A stretch of 64,000 bases of DNA, from NCBI RefSeq assembly GCF_055900595.2, contig NZ_CM148325.1; one strand, 5' to 3'. This document shows, one piece after another, positions 23,672 to 31,658 of the stretch; positions within the stretch are counted from its first letter, which is position 1; each line of letters opens with the position of its first letter. The translations under genes and the position numbers were made by a program. The notes beneath the pieces are model-generated. The model saw nothing but the letters and a program-made list of their open reading frames with translations. It ran no database searches and had not been told where the DNA came from.

Positions 23672-23697
23672 TGGGGGAGCCGAAAGGCTCGCCGGTT
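23672..23697 (+). repeat. 26-bp direct repeat copy 1 (TGGGGGAGCCGAAAGGCTCGCCGGTT)
   Basis: Exact 26-bp match to 24412..24437; contains a GAGCC-GAAA-GGCTC tetraloop hairpin. Confidence 0.7.
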
Positions 23698-23791
23698 TCC
23701 GTACCCGGTAGTTCCAACCCCGCACAGTTCGCCACCATGATGATTGGAACCTGAAGGTGGCGATAATTTTCAAATGTACGGAGTTATCGTT

Positions 23792-24352
23792 ATGCCCACT
23801 CAAATTTCTGTCGACACTCTTCCTGCAATCACCCACAACCAGGTCCCCGTTATTACAACTGAACTTCTGGCGCAGTTATACGGAACAAAAATCAAAAACA
23901 TTTCTGATAACTTTCTGAACAACACGACGCGATTCGTGGTAGGAAAGCATTACTTTAAAATTGAAAAAAACGAATTACGCGAGTTTAAGAACAGACCCGA
24001 AACAATCGGGTTAGTTGGTAAAAATGCCCGCTCCCTTATCCTCTGGACAGAACGTGGCGCAGCCCGCCATGCCAAAATGCTCGAAACCGATCAGGCATGG
24101 GAAGTGTTCGAAAAACTGGAAGACTGTTATTTCAGCCAAAAACAACCACCAGCAACACAAAACTCACCCACCCCAAATGATGGATGCGCATTACTGATCC
24201 ACTTTGATAAACACGGTCAGGTAGAGTTCACAGAAAAAGTCCCCGCCGATGCGATGGTATGCACTCTGGAACGGTTTAAATTTTATCTGGAGCAACACGG
24301 CTGGCTCGTTGCCCGTAAAGAACAACTGGTGGAAAGGCTGATGCAGCTTTAG
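23792..24352 (+). CDS. ORF6N-domain phage regulatory protein (antirepressor-like)
   Basis: ORF track 23744..24352; start set at MPTQISVDTLPAI preceded by GGAG; N-terminal motif PVITTELLAQLYGTKIKNISDNFLNNTTRFVVGKHYFKI resembles the ORF6N/Rha-like DNA-binding domain. Confidence 0.6.
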   Translation: MPTQISVDTLPAITHNQVPVITTELLAQLYGTKIKNISDNFLNNTTRFVVGKHYFKIEKNELREFKNRPETIGLVGKNARSLILWTERGAARHAKMLETDQAWEVFEKLEDCYFSQKQPPATQNSPTPNDGCALLIHFDKHGQVEFTEKVPADAMVCTLERFKFYLEQHGWLVARKEQLVERLMQL

Positions 24353-24411
24353 CAGATATAACAAGTGTTTTTTCTCGTATGCACGCGCACATATGAATTA
24401 TTGTGGGGCGC

Positions 24412-24458
24412 ATGGGGGAGCCGAAAGGCTCGCCGGTTCAACTCCCGCCAGCTCCACC
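24412..24458 (+). repeat. 26-bp direct repeat copy 2 fused to a tmRNA (ssrA) 3'-end-like sequence GGTTCAACTCCCGCCAGCTCCACCA
   Basis: Exact repeat of 23672..23697, then a 25-nt stretch matching my recollection of the E. coli ssrA 3' terminus (T-arm, acceptor 3' strand, CCA). Confidence 0.55.
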
Positions 24459-24730
24459 ATTTTTGACAGGACTGCAACCGGACATCGACAATAAAAACAG
24501 ATAATTACGGACACTGACCAGACAACAAACAGACCTGAACAAGACAAAAATATACACGTGAAATGCACGTGCACTTTATAAAAACCCCAGATTTCACAGT
24601 CTGGGGTTTTTCTGTTTGTAAATAATGGTAACAAAAACACATCACCTTTTGGCGTTCCGTTCCTCTTGACACTGTTTATCCATACAGTTAAAAATAACAC
24701 TGTATACAAACACAGTGTAGAGGGATTTTT

Positions 24731-24979
24731 ATGCGTATTGAAATCTGTATCGCTAAAGAAAAATTCAGTAAAATGCCAAAAGGCTCTGTACCTGCTCTAC
24801 AACAGGAAATGTCTAGCCGTATCAGAAAACGATATGACGATGTGGAGGTTATAGTAAAATCCGCCAGTAATGACGGACTGACCATTTTAAGAGCCGTAGA
24901 TAAAGAAAACGCTCAGAAGTTCATACAGGAAACGCTGCAGGAAGTCTGGGAAACTGCTGATGACTGGTTTTTTCACTAA
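24731..24979 (+). CDS. DinI-family protein
   Basis: 82-aa [15 protein letters not shown]...[17 protein letters not shown]; the C-terminal ETWExADDWF motif is typical of DinI. Confidence 0.75.
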   Translation: MRIEICIAKEKFSKMPKGSVPALQQEMSSRIRKRYDDVEVIVKSASNDGLTILRAVDKENAQKFIQETLQEVWETADDWFFH

Positions 24980-25362
24980 TCAGGACGTCAAATAAATAAC
25001 AACTGTAATTATTCTCTCCAAATTAACAATCTCTGTATACATACTCAGGCGTGTTCACGCATACAACACGCCTTTCTGATATTTAATTGTTTACAGAAAT
25101 ATTGCCGAATAAAAATATAAACCATAGTCTTAAAAAAATAATAATTCCACTATAGCTATCCCAGAACAACCAGTACAAATAATAAAAGACATATCACAGC
25201 AACACTCCACACTGACAGCGCAAAAATAAATGCCGCCTTTGTTATCTTCATATACAAGCAACCTGTCCTGATAATCACCAACTCATGTTTTATTCTTAAC
25301 CATTCGTCACAAATACAACAAAAAATAACAGCAGCAGCACCGATATCACAATATAAGATACA

Positions 25363-25818
25363 TTATTCAACACCTGAATCCCCCGCCGCTTCTCTCCCCT
25401 TTATAAAACGCCCCTTCCGGAATCCAGACCGCTGCAGTGCACGACGAAGATGACCGTATACCGTCTTGTCATTCTGCCCCGTCTCTTCTGTAATCTCCGC
25501 AATACTTAAACCTCTGTAATACCGGTTCAGTACCGCTCTGCGCTCTTCCAGCGTCAACACACCTCCGGCCGCTCTCAGATTCATCATCGACTTATTCAGA
25601 ATACAGCAGGCCTCTCCGGTAAAAAGAATACGAACAATATCTGTATACTCATCATCACAGAATACAAAATAATATCTGAATGACCTGCCTGACTGCACCC
25701 TTCTTCTGTCTGATATGGCATCTTCTATATATCTGATTCGACTGCTTACGGTTCCAAATATCTCTCGCAGGGCTTTTTCAAAATAAATATCTCTCGTCGC
25801 CAGGATTATATCCAGCAT
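25363..25818 (-). CDS. LuxR/GerE-type helix-turn-helix transcriptional regulator
   Basis: 151-aa ORF; C-terminal LTLEERRAVLNRYYRGLSIAEITEETGQNDKTVYGHLRRA resembles the GerE HTH; sits immediately downstream of the adhesin gene. Confidence 0.6.
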   Translation of the reverse strand: MLDIILATRDIYFEKALREIFGTVSSRIRYIEDAISDRRRVQSGRSFRYYFVFCDDEYTDIVRILFTGEACCILNKSMMNLRAAGGVLTLEERRAVLNRYYRGLSIAEITEETGQNDKTVYGHLRRALQRSGFRKGRFIKGREAAGDSGVE

Positions 25819-25879
25819 CTCTGTACCTCATTATATCCCGGGGGACTCCCCCCGGGACAGATATCTAAATCCTGACCTG

Positions 25880-27520
25880 TCAGAACTCAAAATTCACACC
25901 AGCATTCCACGATGCGGATGACCCACCTGCAGCAACTGCAACTTTTCCTGCCACATTCTCTGTGAAACGGTAGCCCACGCCCACCGCAATGGCCTGCTCA
26001 TCACGGTAACCACCAACGGCTGCTGTCGCGTTAAATTTTCCAACACTGTATGGCTGGAAAAGACCGGCCAGTGCCGCGCTCTGGGCTGCACTCTCCCTTA
26101 ACTCCTTCCGGTTCTCTTTAATCTGCTCCTGCATATTATTCATTCTCTCTGTCGCCATCTTCTGCCAGGCTTCCGTCAAATCCAGACGATGACTGTTATT
26201 CCTTATCGCTGCTGTATTTGAGGCTATTGCTGCATCCGTCTGCGCCACCGCTGCCGATGTGACTGCAATAATATCCCTGCTGAGTTCATCACGTACTGCT
26301 GTAACCTGACTGTCAGTATGAGCACGGGCATCTCTGTATACACCGCCTATCTCACCACGCAGACTGTCTCCCTCTGCCTTCAGTTCATCACGTACTGCTG
26401 TGACCTGACTGTCAGTATGAGCACGGGCATCTCTGTATACACCACCTATCTCACCACGCAGACTGTCTCCCTCTGCCTTCAGTTCATCACGTACTGCTGT
26501 GACCTGACTGTCAGTATGAGCACGGGCATCTCTGTATACACCGCCTATCTCACCACGCAGACTGTCTCCCTCTGCCTTCAGTTCATCACGTACTGCTGTG
26601 ACCTGACTGTCAGTATGAGCACGGGCATCTCTGTATACACCACCTATCTCACCACGCAGACTGTCTCCCTCTGCCTTCAGTTCATCACGTACTGCTGTGA
26701 CCTGACTGTCAGTATGAGCACGGGCATCTCTGTATACACCGCCTATCTCACCACGCAGACTGTCTCCCTCTGCCTTCAGTTCATCACGTACTGCTGTGAC
26801 CTGACTGTCAGTATGAGCACGGGCATCTCTGTATACACCACCTATCTCACCACGCAGACTGTCTCCCTGTGATTTCACTTCAACCCCAAGGTTGCGGGTA
26901 CGATTATCCAGCTCCACGACGAATTCTTTAACAGGGACTGTCTGAGCATTTCCGTCAGCCCTTCCGTCAGCAGTGATTCGGCCTGATGAATCCAGAACAA
27001 AATTCTGGCCTTCAACTACATTTTTATACAATGATGACAATCCCGATGTTGTATTACTAATTTTAATAAAATCCTCAGCGGTACCACCAGCATTAACAGC
27101 GGCGATATAATCATCCTTGTTTTCTGGCTTGATTATTTTTTGTAGTGATTCTTTTGTATCAACAATGGACTTTATATCTTCTGCTTTTATATTTCTGATG
27201 TTTTCGGCTTTTAATGCATCTGAGTAGATGGGGTAAGTTAGCAAATCCTGAGCAACAATATGCCTAGCATTCTCAGGAGCTGCTAATATAGCACGCGTAA
27301 TAGAATCATTCGGGACAATACGCCCTGTATTAGCTCCAGTAATAGTATTAATAAGATTAACATCATTACCTTTTGATATTACTGCCGCACCATTATCATA
27401 CAGAGTAACCTCATATCCATCTACATTAAAACTCTCTTCTGCCATAACCCCCACAGAGTAACATAACAGCGCACCGGTAACCGCCATTGCCAATACATTC
27501 TTTGCCATTATAAATTTCAT
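25880..27520 (-). CDS. YadA-like trimeric autotransporter adhesin (Eib immunoglobulin-binding-family-like)
   Basis: 546 aa; signal peptide; six tandem 33-aa coiled-coil repeats; C-terminal anchor [63 protein letters not shown] resembles YadA/Eib membrane anchors. Confidence 0.75.
   Translation of the reverse strand: MKFIMAKNVLAMAVTGALLCYSVGVMAEESFNVDGYEVTLYDNGAAVISKGNDVNLINTITGANTGRIVPNDSITRAILAAPENARHIVAQDLLTYPIYSDALKAENIRNIKAEDIKSIVDTKESLQKIIKPENKDDYIAAVNAGGTAEDFIKISNTTSGLSSLYKNVVEGQNFVLDSSGRITADGRADGNAQTVPVKEFVVELDNRTRNLGVEVKSQGDSLRGEIGGVYRDARAHTDSQVTAVRDELKAEGDSLRGEIGGVYRDARAHTDSQVTAVRDELKAEGDSLRGEIGGVYRDARAHTDSQVTAVRDELKAEGDSLRGEIGGVYRDARAHTDSQVTAVRDELKAEGDSLRGEIGGVYRDARAHTDSQVTAVRDELKAEGDSLRGEIGGVYRDARAHTDSQVTAVRDELSRDIIAVTSAAVAQTDAAIASNTAAIRNNSHRLDLTEAWQKMATERMNNMQEQIKENRKELRESAAQSAALAGLFQPYSVGKFNATAAVGGYRDEQAIAVGVGYRFTENVAGKVAVAAGGSSASWNAGVNFEF
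26283..26872. repeat. Six tandem copies of a 99-bp repeat (two alternating variants) inside the adhesin gene
   Basis: GTCAGTATGAGCACGGGC recurs at 26312, 26411, 26510, 26609, 26708 and 26807 (period exactly 99); variants alternate CACCGCC/CACCACC. Confidence 0.9.
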
Positions 27521-27915
27521 ATGGTATATCCTGTTAAGAAGATTAAACTGTAACCCCCCCTGAATAAGCAGGCGAGATTCTTTTCCAGGATACCTTTCAG
27601 AGTCACCACTGCATTGATTTTAACAATCAATACAGTTAACATGGAATTATAGGATAAATGCACCCCGATAAAACAATATGAGCGTTCTTGTCCCCATATG
27701 TCAGCAGAGCATTCAGATATAGCTGTCAGAATAACCGTTTCCTACATCAGTCATTCATCACAGACTCAATTGTGAATCAGTTCACCTTTTTTGCAATTCC
27801 TTTATTGATCGAAAGCAGTTAATCACAGAAATTAATTACCGGAGTGAAAGCATTTGCTATGTAAACATTCCCAGAAGACATCTTCATGTTGAATATTATT
27901 CCCTTATTGACTACA

Positions 27916-27948
27916 CCCCTCTGACAGAATTTTCAGAGGGGTTTTTTT
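27916..27948 (+). terminator. Plus-strand intrinsic terminator-like hairpin between tfa and the adhesin gene
   Basis: CCCCTCTGA-CAGAATTT-TCAGAGGGG followed by TTTTTTT. Confidence 0.4.
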
Positions 27949-27955
27949 ATCAGTT

Positions 27956-28531
27956 TCACCATCCAACCCTGTACGCCAGAATGGTTTCACTGTCACTCAG
28001 TTCTGCTATTGCCTTTTTCATCTCCCTTTGCCTTATATGTATTTCAAGGCCTTTCCTGAACATCGCTTTACCAGCAGCATCACTCAGGGATATCAGTTCA
28101 TCTGCCGTCATCGGTACATCATTATTCTCTGCGTCCGTCCAGAAAAATCCTTCCGGCAACACACCGCCTCTGGCCGCTGATGCCGACATTCCAAGACGTG
28201 TCATGGCTTCCTTTCCATAATCCCATTTCCGTCCTCTGTGCTCAAAAACATACCCTGACGCCTCCATCGCATCACGCCAGGCATTTATCTCCGCGTTTTT
28301 CATCCTGCGTGCTTCTTCCACAGCCATATCATCATTTGCCCGGTACTCACCTACCGGCCCTGCATCACCTCTTATGCAGGCTTCAAATATTTCACGACCG
28401 TAAGACTCAGGATCATCCGCACTTGCTGTAAATACACATTCTGTTTCCGCGTCTGAAAACTTCACTATACAGTTTATGGTCGTATGACCCCTGTCAGCCC
28501 ACACTGGTGACGTGATTTTATCGACCTTCAT
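27956..28531 (-). CDS. Tail fibre assembly protein (lambda Tfa-like)
   Basis: 191 aa, immediately downstream of the side tail fibre gene; Tfa-like composition and conserved Trp/Asp pattern. Confidence 0.75.
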   Translation of the reverse strand: MKVDKITSPVWADRGHTTINCIVKFSDAETECVFTASADDPESYGREIFEACIRGDAGPVGEYRANDDMAVEEARRMKNAEINAWRDAMEASGYVFEHRGRKWDYGKEAMTRLGMSASAARGGVLPEGFFWTDAENNDVPMTADELISLSDAAGKAMFRKGLEIHIRQREMKKAIAELSDSETILAYRVGW

Positions 28532-28545
28532 TCATTTCTCCCCTG

Positions 28546-30396
28546 TCACCGTATTCTCTGAAACAGGCCCCAAATCGTCCCAATGATATTATTGACTGTC
28601 ATGTTAGTTGTGCATAACATCCATGTACCAAGCATATGATTGCCAAATAAAAAGCGGATATCTGTAAGTTTATCCGATGACGACGACACAATAACGGCCT
28701 GTCTGATACGATACCCGGGTATTTCACGGGTATTTGTTACCTCATGATTTCGTTCTATGATCCCCAGAACATAAGACCCCACGGAATAAACACTTCCGAC
28801 GCTCGCTGGCTGCCCCGGCTGTCCCTGCGGACCTGCCGGGCCGCGTGCACCTGTATCGCCCTTTAGTCCCTGAGGACCTGCCGGGCCGCGTTCACCTGTA
28901 TCCCCCTTTAGTCCCTGTGGACCTGCCGGACCGCGTTCACCTGTATCGCCCTTTGGTCCCTGTGGGCCACGCTCCCCCTGGGCTCCCAGCTCTTTCCATT
29001 CAGACCAGGGGCCATTACCGGTAAAATTACCAGTAACAGTTCTTACGAACTTTCGTGGTGGGTTCCAGGTTGTATATTCATGCTGGCAATATCCCCATGC
29101 ACCAACTCTTACCTGAAGATAACCCGCTCTCTGAATCGGATAATTATTTTCTCGTGTAGCCCCACTGTCTGATGGCTGATAATAATCACCCTGATCGGTC
29201 ACTCGTCCCAGTCGGTTCAGATCACCATTCAGCAGTTGTCCACGGGCTGACTCTCCTCTTGGTCCCTGAGGGCCTTCCGGACCACGTGCACCTGTTTCGC
29301 CCTTTGCTCCCTGTGGACCTGCCGGGCCGCGTTCACCTGTTTCACCTTTTGGTCCCTGTGGACCTGCCGGGCCGCGTTCACCTGTATCCCCCTTTAGTCC
29401 CTGTGGACCTGCCGGACCGCGTTCACCTGTTTCACCTTTTGGTCCCTGTGGTCCTGCCGGGCCGCGTTCACCTGTTTCACCCTTTGCTCCCTGTGGACCT
29501 TCCGGGCCACGTTCACCTGTATCGCCCTTTAGTCCCTGTGGACCTGCCGGACCGCGTTCACCTGTTTCACCTTTTGGTCCCTGTGGACCTCCCGGATCTC
29601 CTTTATCCCCCTTAGGGCCTTTTTCTCCTCGCTCACCCTTTTCTCCCTTCAGACCCTGAGGGCCTTCCGGACCACGTGCACCTGTTTCGCCCTTTGCTCC
29701 CTGTGGACCTGCCGGGCCGCGTTCACCTGTTTCACCTTTTGGTCCCTGTGGACCTGCCGGGCCGCGTGCACCTGTTTCACCCTTTGGTCCCTGAGGACCT
29801 GCCGGGCCGCGTTCACCTGTATCGCCCTTTAGTCCCTGTGGACCTGCCGGACCGCGTTCACCTGTTTCACCTTTTGGTCCCTGTGGTCCTGCCGGGCCAC
29901 GTGCTCCTGTTTCACCTTTTGGCCCCTGTGGCCCGGTAATGCCTCTTTCACCACGTGCGCCGGTATCCCCTTTCTCTCCTCGTGGTCCCCGGGCAGATGC
30001 AGCTCGTTTCCGGGCTTCCTCCGCCTCAGATGCCGCGGACTCTGCTCTGTGCAGTATGGACTGCACCACAGCCTCCAGCTCTGACAACGCCTTCGGATAA
30101 TAAGGAGCATCTTCCATCTCCATCAGAAATTTATTCAGTGTTCCCGGTGAAGAATCCTCCCTGACCACGATATCTCCCACATACGAAGGACGGTAACCTT
30201 CTGTATTGAGTGTCACCCTGTATATTCCTGGCTCCACATCCATACTGTAACTCCCCGTCTCTTCCGGCATGCCATAAGCCACTGTCGTGGCGATGACTGT
30301 CTCGCTGGTTCTCTTCGCTTTCAGCTCAATAATGCATCCCGGTACCGGTTTTCCGGTTCCGTCCCTCAGCACGCCTGAAATTTTTACAGCCGCCAT
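28546..30396 (-). CDS. Side tail fibre protein with collagen-like Gly-X-Y repeats (lambda Stf-like N-terminus)
   Basis: 616 aa; N-terminus [29 protein letters not shown] resembles lambda Stf; long [19 protein letters not shown] collagen-like tracts. Confidence 0.85.
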   Translation of the reverse strand: MAAVKISGVLRDGTGKPVPGCIIELKAKRTSETVIATTVAYGMPEETGSYSMDVEPGIYRVTLNTEGYRPSYVGDIVVREDSSPGTLNKFLMEMEDAPYYPKALSELEAVVQSILHRAESAASEAEEARKRAASARGPRGEKGDTGARGERGITGPQGPKGETGARGPAGPQGPKGETGERGPAGPQGLKGDTGERGPAGPQGPKGETGARGPAGPQGPKGETGERGPAGPQGAKGETGARGPEGPQGLKGEKGERGEKGPKGDKGDPGGPQGPKGETGERGPAGPQGLKGDTGERGPEGPQGAKGETGERGPAGPQGPKGETGERGPAGPQGLKGDTGERGPAGPQGPKGETGERGPAGPQGAKGETGARGPEGPQGPRGESARGQLLNGDLNRLGRVTDQGDYYQPSDSGATRENNYPIQRAGYLQVRVGAWGYCQHEYTTWNPPRKFVRTVTGNFTGNGPWSEWKELGAQGERGPQGPKGDTGERGPAGPQGLKGDTGERGPAGPQGLKGDTGARGPAGPQGQPGQPASVGSVYSVGSYVLGIIERNHEVTNTREIPGYRIRQAVIVSSSSDKLTDIRFLFGNHMLGTWMLCTTNMTVNNIIGTIWGLFQRIR

Positions 30397-30468
30397 ACTC
30401 GCTCCATAAAAAATAATCCCGCAAAATTGCGGGCGTCGTCATTCATTTACAATCGGGTGTTTTTATGA

Positions 30469-30714
30469 TTACTTCACGCACGAAACTTTCGTAAACATAT
30501 CTTCACTCACCCACTGACCATAAAATCTCGGAGCTGATACTTTATACACAGTGCCGCTTTTCGTTTCTATTTTCCCTGTAAGATCTACCGTATAAGCTCG
30601 CTGTAAAACCCCGGGACTCAGCACACCGGTGCACCGGACTCTCTCCGTAACGGAACGGTACCCCGCGCAACCTGATACAAGAAACAGCAAAAAAGTGCAG
30701 ACGATTATTTTCAT
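30469..30714 (-). CDS. Small lipoprotein, 81 aa (possible Cor-like superinfection-exclusion protein)
   Basis: Signal peptide with lipobox LVSGC; size and position just distal to J match Cor-type lipoproteins of lambdoid phages; sequence similarity unverified. Confidence 0.45.
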   Translation of the reverse strand: MKIIVCTFLLFLVSGCAGYRSVTERVRCTGVLSPGVLQRAYTVDLTGKIETKSGTVYKVSAPRFYGQWVSEDMFTKVSCVK

Positions 30715-30735
30715 TACATGCCCTCAACATAACTA

Positions 30736-31398
30736 TCAGTACGCATCATAAATTTCTGCATTTATGTAATAACAGAGGTTATTAACAACACCTGAATTAT
30801 CATTGGGCGCCGCTACGTTATCTTCAGCAAAAGTTGACTGACGCCATAACTGTGAGTTTCTGGCATTAAAACTGGCGGTATACCAGTAATAACTCTCCCC
30901 TTCCTGAACTGTCGTCCACTGGGTACACCCCGGCATTACGGCCACATCATGTCCCACACTGATCGGTACATCCTTTTCCCATATTCGCGTCATTTTTACT
31001 TCCAGTGGCAGCATTTCCGTGTTCCAGACCACCCTGCCATGACTGTCGCACAACTGTATTCCCCATTGCGGCCATACATTCACCATGTTGGCAAAAACAT
31101 AAACAACATATGTGCTGTCCTGTTCCATGCCCGGCTCCTGCCCTGTACCAGCGCTGAAAATGTCATACTGCCAGGTACCGTTAAGCTGAACCATTTCACC
31201 ATGGAAGGACTGATTACCGCTTATCTGTTTAATAAAAATCACGCAACGATAATTCGTCGGCACCCCGGTGTCGATAAACTGCATCACCGCATCACGCGCA
31301 CTCAGTGTGAAATGAAAACGGCGCACAAGGTTCAGTGGCGGCGCAACAGGTGATATCCATTCTCTCCCCCGCTCATCAGTTAATTTAAGTGCAAACAT
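30736..31398 (-). CDS. Hypothetical phage protein, 220 aa
   Basis: ORF track; Trp/Tyr-rich; sits where lambda carries lom. Confidence 0.5.
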   Translation of the reverse strand: MFALKLTDERGREWISPVAPPLNLVRRFHFTLSARDAVMQFIDTGVPTNYRCVIFIKQISGNQSFHGEMVQLNGTWQYDIFSAGTGQEPGMEQDSTYVVYVFANMVNVWPQWGIQLCDSHGRVVWNTEMLPLEVKMTRIWEKDVPISVGHDVAVMPGCTQWTTVQEGESYYWYTASFNARNSQLWRQSTFAEDNVAAPNDNSGVVNNLCYYINAEIYDAY

Positions 31399-31658
31399 CA
31401 GATCCCCCTTATCATGACCAGCACGGGTCTTAGCCAGCTTGTGTTGGCATAGTGCACTGTCCAGCCGGATACACTGGCACTGGTATGACTTCCCTGACCG
31501 TTAATCAGAATGGCCGGTGAACAGACTTCCAGACGCCAGCCCTGCAAAGGAGTATAAGAACGCTGCCCCGTCCCTTCAGTGATCACATCCAGCACCCCTG
31601 TTGGGTTTATTTCATGTGTCACAAGGCGCCCTTTGCGCCATACCCGGACTCCGAACAT
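31398..31658 (-). CDS. Hypothetical phage protein, 86 aa
   Basis: ORF track; start overlaps the J stop; coupled to the downstream ORF. Confidence 0.45.
   Translation of the reverse strand: MFGVRVWRKGRLVTHEINPTGVLDVITEGTGQRSYTPLQGWRLEVCSPAILINGQGSHTSASVSGWTVHYANTSWLRPVLVMIRGI

Noticed and set aside
24412-24458. A complete tmRNA (ssrA) gene
   Set aside because: Only the 3' terminal ~25 nt resemble ssrA; the upstream sequence is unrelated, so this is an attachment-core-like fragment and not a functional gene.
26318-26872. 184-aa plus-strand ORF with a repeated peptide (MSTGISVYT...)
   Set aside because: It is the antisense reading of the 99-bp tandem repeats inside the adhesin gene; the repeat periodicity is what keeps the frame open.
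26283-26872. Regularly spaced repeats that could be taken for a CRISPR array
   Set aside because: The units are 99 bp, directly abutting with no unique spacers, and lie in-frame within a coding sequence; no cas genes nearby.
29172-29939. Plus-strand ORFs encoding [19 protein letters not shown] repeats
   Set aside because: Antisense reading of the collagen-like repeat tract of the tail fibre gene.
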